A DNA stretch of 64,000 nt, from NCBI GenBank assembly GCA_044433325.1, contig JAWXTT010000001.1, forward strand, positions 1,470 through 65,469, given 5' to 3'. This stretch comes from Bacteroidales bacterium. GTDB lineage: Bacteria > Bacteroidota > Bacteroidia > Bacteroidales > Muribaculaceae. This document shows positions 28,301 to 38,405 of this stretch, piece after piece; the first letter of the stretch is position 1; every line of letters begins with the position of its first letter. Both the position numbers and the translations under genes were made by a program. The notes below the pieces were generated by a model. It was given only the letters and a program-made list of their open reading frames with translations. It made no database searches and was not told the DNA's origin.

Positions 28301-29806
28301 TGGTTTCTCTGAAAATAGAGCAATAGGAGTATCATTACCCATAGAACCGATAGCCTCAGCACCCGATTCAACCATAGGAATCATAATCTTATCAATCTCC
28401 TCCTGATAGTAACCAAAGGCAGTTCTAAGCGATTCATAATTCTCAACCTCGATTGATACTTTACGACCAGATGTAATCTCCTCAAGGTGGACACGGTTCT
28501 TTTTCAACCATTCACCATAAGGAAACTCTTCGGCTAACGCCTCCTTAATCTCGCCATCACGATATATAGTACCAGTCTTAGTATCAATTAAGATAATCTT
28601 ACCTGGTTGCAGACGACCCTTTTCAACGACACTTTCAGCATCTAATGGCAATACACCCGCTTCAGATGCAATAACCATCATACCATCCTTAGTAATAGTA
28701 TAACGTGTAGGACGTAAACCATTACGGTCTAACATACCACCTGCGTAACGACCATCTGAGAATAACAGTGCAGCTGGTCCATCCCAAGGCTCCATTAATA
28801 TACTATTATATTCATAGAATGCTTTCAGTTTACGTGAAATTGGGTTCTTCTCATTAAAACTTTGAGGCACTAACATAGCCAAAGCATGAGGAATAGACAT
28901 CCCAGACATCACAAAAAATTCTAGCACATTATCCAATGACGCACTATCACTCATATTTTTCTGAACGACAGGGTGAATCATACTTACATCACCTAATGAT
29001 GAGCCTGACTTCAACACTCCCTCGCGAGCAATACTCCACAATCTATTACCTCTAATGGTGTTAATCTCACCATTGTGACCTAACATTCTGAATGGTTGAG
29101 CCAATGGCCATGAAGGGAAAGTATTAGTACTGAAACGAGAGTGTACTAAAGCAATAGCACTAGTTAAAGATGGATTTTTAAGATCTACGAAATATTCGCG
29201 TAACTGATCCGAAGATAGCATACCCTTATAAATCATACTCTTTGACGAAAGACTTACGATGTAAGCGTCTTCGTTATCCTTCTCAACACGTTTACGTAAA
29301 CGATACAGGCGTATATCTAACGTCTGATCGCTATATCGATTCTCAGTTATGAAAATTTGTTTGATAGCTGGTTCAGCATCCAACGCTCCTTCTCCAAGCA
29401 TTGAATTATCCGTAGGGACATCACGTACCGTCAGTACCGTTAATCCCTCAGCTTCAGCAGATGATTTAATAGAATCCATGATTCTATCTTCAGCTGATTT
29501 ATCATTTTTGGGTATAAAGACTAAACCCGTACCATAGCTACCCTTTTCAGGGACAGCAATACCTTGTAGCAAAATAAATTCATGAGGAACTTGAATCATA
29601 ATACCAGCACCATCGCCCGTATTTTGATCAGCACCCTCTGCGCCACGGTGCATCATATTCTCCAAAACCTTCAATCCGTTATCAACAACGTCATGAGATT
29701 TCTTCCCGTGAATATTAAGGAGCAAACCCACTCCACATGCATCATGTTCATAGGCAGGATCATATAATCCCTGCTTATAATTCTTATTAAATATCTGACT
29801 TTTCAT
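25322..29806 (-). CDS. gltB: Glutamate synthase large subunit
   Basis: 1494 aa. Ntn amidotransferase start ...HDACGVG, an FMN/3Fe-4S central domain and the C-terminal GXGXG beta-helix domain. Confidence 0.96.
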   Translation of the reverse strand: MKSQIFNKNYKQGLYDPAYEHDACGVGLLLNIHGKKSHDVVDNGLKVLENMMHRGAEGADQNTGDGAGIMIQVPHEFILLQGIAVPEKGSYGTGLVFIPKNDKSAEDRIMDSIKSSAEAEGLTVLTVRDVPTDNSMLGEGALDAEPAIKQIFITENRYSDQTLDIRLYRLRKRVEKDNEDAYIVSLSSKSMIYKGMLSSDQLREYFVDLKNPSLTSAIALVHSRFSTNTFPSWPLAQPFRMLGHNGEINTIRGNRLWSIAREGVLKSGSSLGDVSMIHPVVQKNMSDSASLDNVLEFFVMSGMSIPHALAMLVPQSFNEKNPISRKLKAFYEYNSILMEPWDGPAALLFSDGRYAGGMLDRNGLRPTRYTITKDGMMVIASEAGVLPLDAESVVEKGRLQPGKIILIDTKTGTIYRDGEIKEALAEEFPYGEWLKKNRVHLEEITSGRKVSIEVENYESLRTAFGYYQEEIDKIMIPMVESGAEAIGSMGNDTPIALFSEKPQLLFNYFRQQFAQVTNPPIDPIREQLVMSLEGYIGAIDKNLLTPTEELCKMVHIKQPVLTNRDMDILRNIDYKGFRTKTLDMTFPVVDGAAGLEAAVSRLCAEAENAVDETFNYIILSDRSVSEDMAAVPSVLAVSAVHHHLISKRKRVQTALIVETGEAREVMHFALLLGYGASAVNPYMAFAVINDMVKERVLALDYATAEKKYIKAVGKGLLKVISKMGISTIGSYRGAQLFEAVGLSQKLIDKYFAGISSAIGGADLEDIYNDIYRFHCAAYKNEELGDLGQYAYRKTGEQHAWNPETISKLQIATRLGSYKMFKEYTEIVNNHKPIFLRDRLTYKSNPIDISLVEPVEAITKRFVTGAMSFGSISKEAHEALAVAMNRLGGKSNTGEGGEDVRRFTPREDGTSARSAIKQIASGRFGVTANYLVNADEIQIKIAQGAKPGEGGQLPGFKVDEVIAKTRHSIPGISLISPPPHHDIYSIEDLAQLIYDLKNVNPKARISVKLVSESGIGTIAAGVAKAKADAIIISGCEGGTGASPMSSIRHTGVSSEIGLSEVQQTLVLNKLRSRVALQVDGQVKTGHDIIVEALLGAEEFGFATSALIVLGCVMMRKCHLNTCPVGVATQDAKLRERFRGDADYLVNFFNFLAEDVREALAEMGFTKLDDVIGRVDLIQEREATGNSKIDKIDFSKIVHGAEFVGKEPLRRETTQIKDPVTEIKAALADATSSAIETGEKVELDLNITNTDRAVGSTLAGEVVAKYGEDGLPEDSIKVNFTGSAGQSFGAFLSKGVSFKLYGEANDYLGKGLSGGKITVVPDKKAEFTPHVNVIAGNTLLYGATSGEVYINGRVGERFCVRNSGVHAVVEGAGEHCCEYMTGGRVVVLGYTGRNFGAGMSGGVAYVWNKDGNFDAKCNMEMVELSLVDNSADKAELLSLISKHYKHTGSKIAAQVLDDELLLKNFIKVTPIEYKRVLQEEQMKALQDKISQVERDY

Positions 29807-29823
29807 ATCTGAATTGAGGATTT

Positions 29824-29865
29824 CTAAAAACTGATTTATCTATCATTAAGATGATAAACCAGTTT
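29824..29865 (-). terminator. Hairpin plus U-tract downstream of glnN, lying in the gltB 5' region
   Basis: Minus-strand RNA is AAAAACUGGUUUAUC-(12 nt)-GAUAAAUCAGUUUUU. The core is 10 bp with one G-U pair and ends in U5. It sits only 18 nt upstream of the gltB ATG. Confidence 0.5.
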
Positions 29866-29940
29866 TTATTCATCCATTTAAATTTAGTTAATCTAAGGAT
29901 CTGTACGTGTGTTTTACAAATCCCTTACACATTATATATC

Positions 29941-32127
29941 TTATCTAGTTAATAGCAATTCACGGTACTTAGGTAATGTCCACATACGGTCATCAACAAT
30001 AAGTTCCAATTTATCAATATGGTAACGGATACCATCCATTAATGGTACAATTACATCATGATAAGCGATTGCTTTTTCACGTTCAGTTTCAATAGCGTTA
30101 GCCTCTTTTCTTGCCTCAACCATCTCATTAGTTTTTGAGATTATATAATCTATGTGAGAAGCCATCTCCTTGATAATACGTTTATCTTGACGAGCCATTG
30201 ATTCATACTCCTCTTCCGAGAATAATTGTTTAATCTTAACTACATTATCCAATAGGATTGATTGGTAGCTAGATGCAACAGGGATAATATGATTCATAGC
30301 TAAGTCACCTAATACGCGAGATTCGATTTGGATTTTCTTAGTATAAGTTTCCAATTTCACTTCATGACGTGATTCAACCTCAGCGTGAGAAAGGATACCT
30401 GTTTTCTCAAATACCTCTAAAGTAGCAGCCTTAGTATAAGTATCAAAGATTAATGGAATACTAGTTTCGCAATCTAAGCCACGAACTTCAGCTTCAACTT
30501 TCCACTCATCACCATAACCATTACCATCAAAACAGATAGGTTTACAAGCAGCGATTGCTTTTTTAACCTCAGTAACGATAGCTTTCTCTTTAGTAGCACC
30601 CTCAGCAATTAATTTGTCAACAGCAGCTTTGAACTCAACTAATTGTTCAGTTACAGCAGCATTAAGTGTTAACATTGCATCAGCACAGTTAGCAGATGAA
30701 CCAACTGCACGGAACTCGAAACGGTTACCTGTAAATGCAAATGGAGATGTACGGTTACGGTCTGTATTATCAAGTAAAATCTCAGGAAGGTGAGCAACAC
30801 CCACTTCGATAGCTACTTTATCATCGAATGTGATAACGTCATCAGTATTTACTGACTCTAATTTAGCTAATACTTCGCTAATTTGTTTACCTAAGAAGAT
30901 TGAAACGATAGCAGGAGGAGCTTCATTAGCACCTAGACGGTGAGCATTAGTAGCAGAACTAATAGATGCTTTAAGTAGAGCGTTATGTTTGTAAACAGCC
31001 ATCATAGTATTCACAAAGAATGTGATGAACTGTAAGTTTTCCATACCATTCTTTCCTGGAGAGAATAGATTAATACCTGTATCGGTACCCATACTCCAGT
31101 TATTGTGTTTACCTGAACCATTTATACCTTTGAATGGTTTTTCATGAAGAAGTACGCGGAAGTTATGACGACGAGCAACCTTTTTCATTACTGACATCAA
31201 TAGGATATTGTGGTCATTAGCTAAGTTAATCTCTTCATAAACAGGAGCTAGCTCAAATTGGTTAGGAGCAACCTCGTTGTGACGAGTCTTAACAGGCATA
31301 CCTAGTTTTAGACATTCATTCTCTAAGTCTGTCATGAAAGATATAACACGACTAGGGATAGCACCAAAGTAGTGATCCTCTAATTGTTGATTCTTAGCAC
31401 TTTCGTGACCCATCAATGTACGACCTGTAGTTACAAGGTCAGGACGAGCAGCATAAAGAGCTTCATCAACTAAGAAATATTCTTGTTCCCAACCTAGGAA
31501 AGAAACAACTTTCTTAACATTTTCATCAAAATATTTACATACAGCAGTAGCCGCTTTATCTAAAGCATTAACTGAACGTAGTAGTGGAGTTTTGTAGTCT
31601 AAAGCCTCACCTGTATATGAGATAAAGATAGTAGGAATACATAATGTATCACCAACAACGAATGCAGGAGATGATGGATCCCAAGCTGAATAACCGCGAG
31701 CCTCAAATGTATTACGTAAACCACCATTAGGGAAAGATGAAGCATCTGGCTCTTGTTGAGCTAGAAGTTTACCTGAGAACTCCTCAATCACGCCACCTAA
31801 ACCATCTGGTTCAATAAATGCGTCATGTTTCTCAGCAGTACCACCTGTCAATGGTTGGAACCAGTGTGTATAGTGTGTAGCACCTAATTCAATAGCCCAT
31901 TGCTTAATACCAGTAGCTACGCCATCAGCAATAGCACGTGGTAATTGCTCGCCATTATCAATAGATGAAATCAACGCTTTATACGTAGATTTTGATAAAT
32001 AACGTTGCATTTTAGCACGATTAAATACATACTTGCCATACTCTTCAGCTGGTCTAACTTCTTTACTTACATCTACAGCCTTACGACCTAATGCTGCTTT
32101 TAATTGTTCAAATCTTAGTGAACTCAT
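29941..32127 (-). CDS. glnN: Glutamine synthetase type III
   Basis: 728 aa, the size and N-terminal pattern (…HYTHWFQPLTG…) characteristic of Bacteroides GSIII. Confidence 0.93.
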   Translation of the reverse strand: MSSLRFEQLKAALGRKAVDVSKEVRPAEEYGKYVFNRAKMQRYLSKSTYKALISSIDNGEQLPRAIADGVATGIKQWAIELGATHYTHWFQPLTGGTAEKHDAFIEPDGLGGVIEEFSGKLLAQQEPDASSFPNGGLRNTFEARGYSAWDPSSPAFVVGDTLCIPTIFISYTGEALDYKTPLLRSVNALDKAATAVCKYFDENVKKVVSFLGWEQEYFLVDEALYAARPDLVTTGRTLMGHESAKNQQLEDHYFGAIPSRVISFMTDLENECLKLGMPVKTRHNEVAPNQFELAPVYEEINLANDHNILLMSVMKKVARRHNFRVLLHEKPFKGINGSGKHNNWSMGTDTGINLFSPGKNGMENLQFITFFVNTMMAVYKHNALLKASISSATNAHRLGANEAPPAIVSIFLGKQISEVLAKLESVNTDDVITFDDKVAIEVGVAHLPEILLDNTDRNRTSPFAFTGNRFEFRAVGSSANCADAMLTLNAAVTEQLVEFKAAVDKLIAEGATKEKAIVTEVKKAIAACKPICFDGNGYGDEWKVEAEVRGLDCETSIPLIFDTYTKAATLEVFEKTGILSHAEVESRHEVKLETYTKKIQIESRVLGDLAMNHIIPVASSYQSILLDNVVKIKQLFSEEEYESMARQDKRIIKEMASHIDYIISKTNEMVEARKEANAIETEREKAIAYHDVIVPLMDGIRYHIDKLELIVDDRMWTLPKYRELLLTR

Positions 32128-32154
32128 AATGATTCTATTTTTTTGGTTAATAAT

Positions 32155-33189
32155 TTATTTTAATATTATGTTATGCTCTTTACATTTAGCAATCATCTCA
32201 TCTGACCAAAGTGAAGATTGTACTTCGCCAATATGAGCGCAACGTAGGAAGAACATACACAAGCGTGATTGACCAATACCACCACCTATTGACAATGGAA
32301 TCTCGTCGTTCAATAACGCCTTGTGGAACTCTAGCTCTTTACGTTCGGTGTTACCCTCAATCTCTAATTGTTTATTCAACGCTGTTTTATCAACACGGAT
32401 ACCCATTGAAGATATCTCAAACGAGTTTTCCAATATTGAGTTCCATAGCAGGATATCACCATTCAAACCCTTGTGACCCTCAGTAGTTTCAGTACTCCAA
32501 TCATCATAGTCAGCGGCACGTCCATCATGTTTTTGACCATTCTGCAACTTACCACCGATACCGATTAAGAATACAGCACCATATTTCTTAGCAGCTGCGA
32601 ACTCACGCTCCTTAGCAGTCATATCAGGGAACTCAGCTAATAAATCCTCAGAGTGTATAAATGTAATCTCTTTAGGCAAAATTGGAGTAATATGTGGATA
32701 AGCTTTATATACCTTATTCTCCATAGCCAATAGAGCTGCATAGATTTTATTTACAATAGATTTTAAGAAATCTAAGTTACGTTGTTCAGCAGACACTGTA
32801 CGTTCCCAGTCCCATTGATCAACATATAATGAATGAATATTACTTAATTCTTCATCCGCACGGATAGCATTCATATCAGTATATAAACCATATCCTACTG
32901 GGATACCATAAGCACCCAATTTCATACGTTTCCATTTAGCTAATGAGTGAACAACTTCAGCTTTAGCACCACCCATATCAGTCACGTTAAAGCTAACTGC
33001 ATGCTCTGTACCATTTAAATCATCATTGATACCTGTACCTGATAATACGAATAAAGGTGCAGTTACACGACGAAGATCTAGTTGCATTGATAGCTCCTCT
33101 TGGAAAGTATCTTTCACCATTTTAACAGCCTGTTCCATAGACTCAACAGCCAACATTGGACGATATGCTTTAGGAATAAATAATTTCAT
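32155..33189 (-). CDS. asnA: Aspartate--ammonia ligase (asparagine synthetase A)
   Basis: 344 aa. DLRRVTAPLFV and ...SIGGGIGQSRLCMFFL are typical AsnA motifs. Confidence 0.92.
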   Translation of the reverse strand: MKLFIPKAYRPMLAVESMEQAVKMVKDTFQEELSMQLDLRRVTAPLFVLSGTGINDDLNGTEHAVSFNVTDMGGAKAEVVHSLAKWKRMKLGAYGIPVGYGLYTDMNAIRADEELSNIHSLYVDQWDWERTVSAEQRNLDFLKSIVNKIYAALLAMENKVYKAYPHITPILPKEITFIHSEDLLAEFPDMTAKEREFAAAKKYGAVFLIGIGGKLQNGQKHDGRAADYDDWSTETTEGHKGLNGDILLWNSILENSFEISSMGIRVDKTALNKQLEIEGNTERKELEFHKALLNDEIPLSIGGGIGQSRLCMFFLRCAHIGEVQSSLWSDEMIAKCKEHNIILK

Positions 33190-33234
33190 AATTTTAATTT
33201 TAATTTTTTTGATATTTTATTTGACTAATTTCTA

Positions 33235-34467
33235 TTAATTATAAGCAGCTTCACCATGCTCGTAAATATCTAATCCCTCCTCTTCAACACGTGGGCTAAC
33301 TCTTAAACCGTGGAATTTATCTATTAATTTAAATAGGATATATCCAGTTATCAATGCCCAAGCCATAATAGACACAGCTCCTAATAGCTGAATTAGTAGA
33401 AAGGAGAAATCACCTGTATATAATAATCCCGTTTCAGTCGCAAACAGTCCAGTCAATATAGTACCTAATGTACCACATACACCATGAACTGAGATAGCAC
33501 CCACAGGGTCGTCTATTTTTACTATTCTATCTATGAAGTCAACTGCGAATACCATAGCAAAAGCACTAATGATACCTATTGCAGCAGCTCCCATTGGGGA
33601 TACCATATCACAACCAGCAGTTATACCTACTAGACCTGCAAGCACACCATTTAGTGTCAAACTCAATGTAGGTTTGCCATATTTAACCCAAACTATTATT
33701 AGTGTAGTTACACCACCCATAGCAGCTGCTAAATTAGTAGTCATAAATATATGAGCGATAGCGTCAGCTTGACCCACAGCACCTAAAGTAGAACCTGGAT
33801 TAAAACCGAACCAACCGAACCACAATAGGAACACCCCTAAAGCAGCCATACTTAAATTATGACCAGGGATAGGACACACCTTACCTTTGCGATATTTACC
33901 GATACGTGGACCAACCATCCATGCTCCAATCAAAGCACACCATCCACCCAAAGAGTGAACCACTGCTGAACCAGCGAAATCATGGAAACCTATCTGAGCT
34001 AACCACCCTTCAGAGTTCCATACCCAGTGACCAGACGTTGGATATATAAAAGCGAATATAAATACTGAATATATCAGATAAGCTGAGAATTTAGTTCTCT
34101 CAGCCACAGCACCTGACAATATAGTAACCGCAGTAGCACAAAACATAGTTTGGAAAATCATAAATGCCATCTCATTAGGAGCTGCATCAACATATACCGT
34201 TGTGCCGAAAAATTCAAATGCACCGAAATATTTACCTGCTCCAAACATTATGCCGTAACCAATTACCCAGAAAAGGATAGATCCAACTGCGAAATCTAAT
34301 AAATTCTTCATTAGAATATTTGCAGTATTTTTAGTTCTTGAAAAACCAGATTCAACCATTGCGAAACCAGCTTGCATGATAAAAACCAGCATAGAACCCA
34401 ATAGCACCCAGACAGTATCCACAGCCGAGACTATATCCATTATTGTATTTGCATTAGTAGTTTCCAT
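33235..34467 (-). CDS. amtB: Ammonium transporter
   Basis: 410 aa, 11-12 TM segments. FAGSAVVHSLGGWCALIGAWMVGPR and VHGVCGTLGTILTGLF are Amt signatures. Confidence 0.93.
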   Translation of the reverse strand: METTNANTIMDIVSAVDTVWVLLGSMLVFIMQAGFAMVESGFSRTKNTANILMKNLLDFAVGSILFWVIGYGIMFGAGKYFGAFEFFGTTVYVDAAPNEMAFMIFQTMFCATAVTILSGAVAERTKFSAYLIYSVFIFAFIYPTSGHWVWNSEGWLAQIGFHDFAGSAVVHSLGGWCALIGAWMVGPRIGKYRKGKVCPIPGHNLSMAALGVFLLWFGWFGFNPGSTLGAVGQADAIAHIFMTTNLAAAMGGVTTLIIVWVKYGKPTLSLTLNGVLAGLVGITAGCDMVSPMGAAAIGIISAFAMVFAVDFIDRIVKIDDPVGAISVHGVCGTLGTILTGLFATETGLLYTGDFSFLLIQLLGAVSIMAWALITGYILFKLIDKFHGLRVSPRVEEEGLDIYEHGEAAYN

Positions 34468-34472
34468 ATCAT

Positions 34473-34826
34473 CTAGTTTTCGTTATCATCATACAACATC
34501 TTATCACCTTGAAGCCCTGTACGAATACTATGTGATTCATCAATAGGACTGACGAATACACGTCCATCACCCACTTCACCTGTTCTAGCAGATTTAAGTA
34601 TCGCATCCACAGTAGGTCTTACGTTAATATCACGCACTACGATAGTTATCATGATACGCTCGATTGAACTAGTATCATAAACTGCTCCACGATAGATACG
34701 TTCCTCTGTATCTTGACCAACGCCACGCACATTCATATATGCGTACCAATCGATACCGACCTCCACTAGAGCCTCTTTTACATCCTCAAATTTGGTTTTG
34801 CGGATAATTGCTTGAATCTGTTTCAT
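34473..34826 (-). CDS. glnK: P-II nitrogen regulatory protein (GlnK-type, upstream of amtB)
   Basis: 117 aa with T-loop region GVGQDTEERIYRGAVY and TGEVGDGRVFV. Stop is 5 nt before the amtB start. Confidence 0.88.
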   Translation of the reverse strand: MKQIQAIIRKTKFEDVKEALVEVGIDWYAYMNVRGVGQDTEERIYRGAVYDTSSIERIMITIVVRDINVRPTVDAILKSARTGEVGDGRVFVSPIDESHSIRTGLQGDKMLYDDNEN

Positions 34827-34870
34827 AAAAATATACTTGAATTTTAGTTATGTTCTCTCGTTTTACGCTT

Positions 34871-36103
34871 TTATATCTTCCATGCTTTAATCCTCTCCAT
34901 CGCCTTTTCTACATTTTCAGCTGAGGCAAATGATGTTAATCTAAAATACCCCTCACCAGCAGGACCGAATCCTACACCTGGAGTACCTATAATCTGACAT
35001 TCTCGCAATAGCTTATCGAAGAAATTCCATGAAGTCATACCCTTAGGTACTTCTAGCCAAATATATGGTGCATTTACTCCACCATAAACTCTAAAACCTG
35101 CATATCGTAAAGCCTCCATGATGGTTTTAGCATTCTTCATATAGTAAGCAATATTATCTTTAATCTGTTTTTGTCCCTCTTCAGTGTAAACTGCCATTGC
35201 GGCACGTTGTACTACGTATGACACACCATTAGATGTTGTACTAATTAATCTGCGCCACAATGAATTTATTGACATTGGATTACCATCCTTATCATATCCC
35301 ATTAGCTCCTTAGGAACTATTGTGTAACCACATCTAACACCTGTAAAACCTGCTGTTTTAGAGAAACTACGGAACTCAATAGCAACCTCCTTAGCTCCCT
35401 CAATCTCATATATCGAATGTGGAACATCCTCATCAGTAATAAAACCTTGATAAGCACCATCAAATAAAATCAACGCACCTACGCTCTTAGCATATTTAAC
35501 CCACTCAGTCAATTGAGCACGATTAATTACTGAACCAGTAGGATTATTTGGTGAACATAGATAGATTACATCAACCTTACAATCTGGGATTGCAGGAGAG
35601 AAACCATTCTCTCTATTACACTCCATATATACTATTCTATTCCACTTAGATTCATTTATAAATTTACCTGCACGACCCTCCATCACATTAGTATCTATAT
35701 ATACTGGATATACAGGATCACTAATAGCAACGATATTGTCAACAGAAAAAATCTGTCCAATATGACCAATTGCGCTACTAATACCATCAGTAACAACAAT
35801 TTCTGTATCACTAAAATCTAATCCACGTGAAATATAATCATTCTTATTAATAGCCTCCTTTAGGAAATCATAACCCCATTCAGGAGCATAACCACGAAAA
35901 GTCTGAGCCACACTCATCTCATCGACAGCAGCATGCATCCCCTCAATTACCGCTTTGGATAATGGTTGAGTAACATCGCCGACCCCTAACGAGATAACTT
36001 CTGCCTCTGGGTACATACTCTTGTAGTTCGCAACCTTAGCAGCTATATCGCTAAATAGATAACTCTCATTTAAACCTTTATAAAATTCATTAATCTTAAC
36101 CAT
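34871..36103 (-). CDS. dapL: LL-diaminopimelate aminotransferase
   Basis: N-terminal NESYLFSDIAAKV, CSPNNPTG and PLP-lysine SFSKTAGFTGVRCGYTIVP. Adjacent to dapF. Confidence 0.88.
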   Translation of the reverse strand: MVKINEFYKGLNESYLFSDIAAKVANYKSMYPEAEVISLGVGDVTQPLSKAVIEGMHAAVDEMSVAQTFRGYAPEWGYDFLKEAINKNDYISRGLDFSDTEIVVTDGISSAIGHIGQIFSVDNIVAISDPVYPVYIDTNVMEGRAGKFINESKWNRIVYMECNRENGFSPAIPDCKVDVIYLCSPNNPTGSVINRAQLTEWVKYAKSVGALILFDGAYQGFITDEDVPHSIYEIEGAKEVAIEFRSFSKTAGFTGVRCGYTIVPKELMGYDKDGNPMSINSLWRRLISTTSNGVSYVVQRAAMAVYTEEGQKQIKDNIAYYMKNAKTIMEALRYAGFRVYGGVNAPYIWLEVPKGMTSWNFFDKLLRECQIIGTPGVGFGPAGEGYFRLTSFASAENVEKAMERIKAWKI

Positions 36104-36105
36104 AA

Positions 36106-36951
36106 TCAGTATATTAAATATTTTCCTCTAAACACCCACTGAGCATCCCCAGTAAGTATAACACTCTCTTTGACTCCACTCCATTTAACAACAACCTCTC
36201 CACCTAATAATTTTACGGTAACTTCATTAGCACCGACACTATTTATAACACCTGCAACAACCGATGCACACGCACCAGTACCACAAGCTAATGTTTCACC
36301 TGAGCCACGCTCCCATACGCGCATTTTTATTTTAGTTGGTGTGATAACCTGAATAAACTCTACATTAGTACGTTCTGGGAATAGTGGGTGATTCTCAATC
36401 ACACGACCTACACCCTCAACATCAAAATTATCCACATTCTGCACATAAGTAACAGCATGAGGATTACCCATTGATATGCAAGTGAAAAGATACTCTGTTC
36501 CATCTACCTCAATAGCAACTTTGCTACTATCCTCAGCAATGACAGGAATACTCATACTATCTAAAATAGGAGCACCCATATCTACACTTACCGATTCAAC
36601 TATACCATTAACGATAGAAAGACTTAAAATCTTAATTCCTGCCAAAGTTTCAATCGAAATTACTTGACTAGTTGACAACCCATTTTCATAGATGAATTTA
36701 CCTACACATCTTGAAGCGTTGCCACACATCTGAGCCTCTGAACCATCAGCGTTGAACATTCGCATCTTATAATCAGCAACCTGTGAGTCTAGTATCAAAA
36801 CTAAACCATCTGAGCCAACACCGAAATGCCTATCACTAATACCGATAGCTAGCTTAGAAATATCCCCTAAGTCTAACCCACGAGCATCAACATAAACATA
36901 GTCGTTACCAGCAGCTTGCATTTTATAAAATTCCAATTCTCTCATCTTCAC
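36106..36951 (-). CDS. dapF: Diaminopimelate epimerase
   Basis: GNDYVYVD, with catalytic Cys motifs MCGNASRC and ACGTGACAS. Confidence 0.93.
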   Translation of the reverse strand: MKMRELEFYKMQAAGNDYVYVDARGLDLGDISKLAIGISDRHFGVGSDGLVLILDSQVADYKMRMFNADGSEAQMCGNASRCVGKFIYENGLSTSQVISIETLAGIKILSLSIVNGIVESVSVDMGAPILDSMSIPVIAEDSSKVAIEVDGTEYLFTCISMGNPHAVTYVQNVDNFDVEGVGRVIENHPLFPERTNVEFIQVITPTKIKMRVWERGSGETLACGTGACASVVAGVINSVGANEVTVKLLGGEVVVKWSGVKESVILTGDAQWVFRGKYLIY

Positions 36952-36987
36952 CTTAAAGTCTTGACTCTTTTATCTTTCTTTTTTACC

Positions 36988-38217
36988 TTATATTCTCAAT
37001 TCTGATATTCTGTTAGCTGCTAAAATCACTTTCGTTTGATTAGCAAAAGCACTTAATCTAACATACCCACGCCCCAATGGACCAAATCGCTCACCTGGCG
37101 AGGATAATATATGGCACTCCTCTAACAGTTTATCAAATAGTTTCCATGAACTACCATATGGAGATTCAACCCAAAGGTATGGTGAATTAACTCCACCCCA
37201 ATATTTAAACCCAGCACTCTTCAATGCTTTAGCTAAAATATTGGCATTGCTCATATAATAAGCTACATTTTTATCAACAAATTCTAATCCATCCTTCGCA
37301 AATAGAGCTTCAGCTCCTCGTTGTATAACGTATGAAGGGGAATAATTCTTTATTTGCAACCTTCTACGCCATAGCATATTTAACGAAGCTGTTGAATCTG
37401 CACTATATGAATACCCCTCAATATCTTTAGGGATAACTGTATATCCGCAATGCAATCCAGTGAAACCAGCATTTTTAGAAAAACTTCTAAACTCGATAGC
37501 TACCTTTTTAGCTCCTCTTATCTCATAAATACTTTGTGGCACATCCGCATCAGTAATAAATGATTTATAGGTAGCATCAAAAAGTATAAGTACATTATTA
37601 TCAACCGCATATTTTACCCATTTTTTCAGCACATCCCTAGTCATTACACAACCAGTAGGATCATTTGGGTAGCTTAGATAAATAACATCTGGTCTAATCT
37701 TTGGAAACTCAGGCATAAAGTTATTATCCTTAGTACATTCCAGATAGATAATATGACTCCATCTATTATCCATCAATTCACCAGCGCGATTACCAATAAC
37801 ATTAGATTCAACGAAAGTTTGAAAGACAGGATCTATAACAGCAATTCTATTATCTTTACATAGAATATCACCAATCCCAGCCAAATCCTCTTTAGTGCCA
37901 TGATTAACAAAGATTTCATCCTCACTAATCTTAATCTTATAGTTATTGTAATTATACTTCACTATAGCTTTTTTCAGAAAATGGTAACCTTCGGCAGGTC
38001 CACGACCTTGGAACGTATCTTCATCCCCCATTTCAGCTATGCTTTTAGCTACTGCATCAACAACACATTTAGGCAACGGGCGAACTACATCACCACTATC
38101 CAACTTTAACAAGTTAACATCACGATTAATAGCATGAAACAGATTAATTCGTTTATCAATCGTTTCTTGAACCTCATCTTTTACCAATTTCAAAAACTGT
38201 GAATTTATCAGAGTCAT
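36988..38217 (-). CDS. Class I/II PLP aminotransferase, divergent paralog of dapL
   Basis: Collinear with DapL (SFSKNAGFTGLHCGYTVIP, YPNDPTG) but lacks the N-terminal YLF motif. I moved the start to ATG 38217 (MTLINSQ) because a TACATTTG -7 box (plus-strand 38243-38250) lies inside the longer listed ORF. Confidence 0.7.
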   Translation of the reverse strand: MTLINSQFLKLVKDEVQETIDKRINLFHAINRDVNLLKLDSGDVVRPLPKCVVDAVAKSIAEMGDEDTFQGRGPAEGYHFLKKAIVKYNYNNYKIKISEDEIFVNHGTKEDLAGIGDILCKDNRIAVIDPVFQTFVESNVIGNRAGELMDNRWSHIIYLECTKDNNFMPEFPKIRPDVIYLSYPNDPTGCVMTRDVLKKWVKYAVDNNVLILFDATYKSFITDADVPQSIYEIRGAKKVAIEFRSFSKNAGFTGLHCGYTVIPKDIEGYSYSADSTASLNMLWRRRLQIKNYSPSYVIQRGAEALFAKDGLEFVDKNVAYYMSNANILAKALKSAGFKYWGGVNSPYLWVESPYGSSWKLFDKLLEECHILSSPGERFGPLGRGYVRLSAFANQTKVILAANRISELRI

Positions 38218-38405
38218 TACTACGTTCGTTATGTTTATATTGCAAATGTATAATTCATTTTCCAATAAATAGTAGTTATAAAACATCTTTTTTTGCAAGA
38301 AAATCACCCAACTTACGATTTGTTACAATTTGCTTGCTTTTAAAATAAATTTTATTCAAAAGTCTAGTTTTTATTGACAATTCATTTATTTTTGTTATTT
38401 TTGCA

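Noticed and set aside
36988-38307. Longer N-terminal extensions of three listed ORFs (38307 for the dapL paralog, 11752 for trpG, 50922 for the flavodoxin/ferredoxin gene)
   Set aside because: The extensions are non-conserved-looking and hydrophobic or AT-rich. They overlap an upstream gene or a promoter box. Canonical family N-termini begin at the internal ATGs (38217, 11776, 50871).
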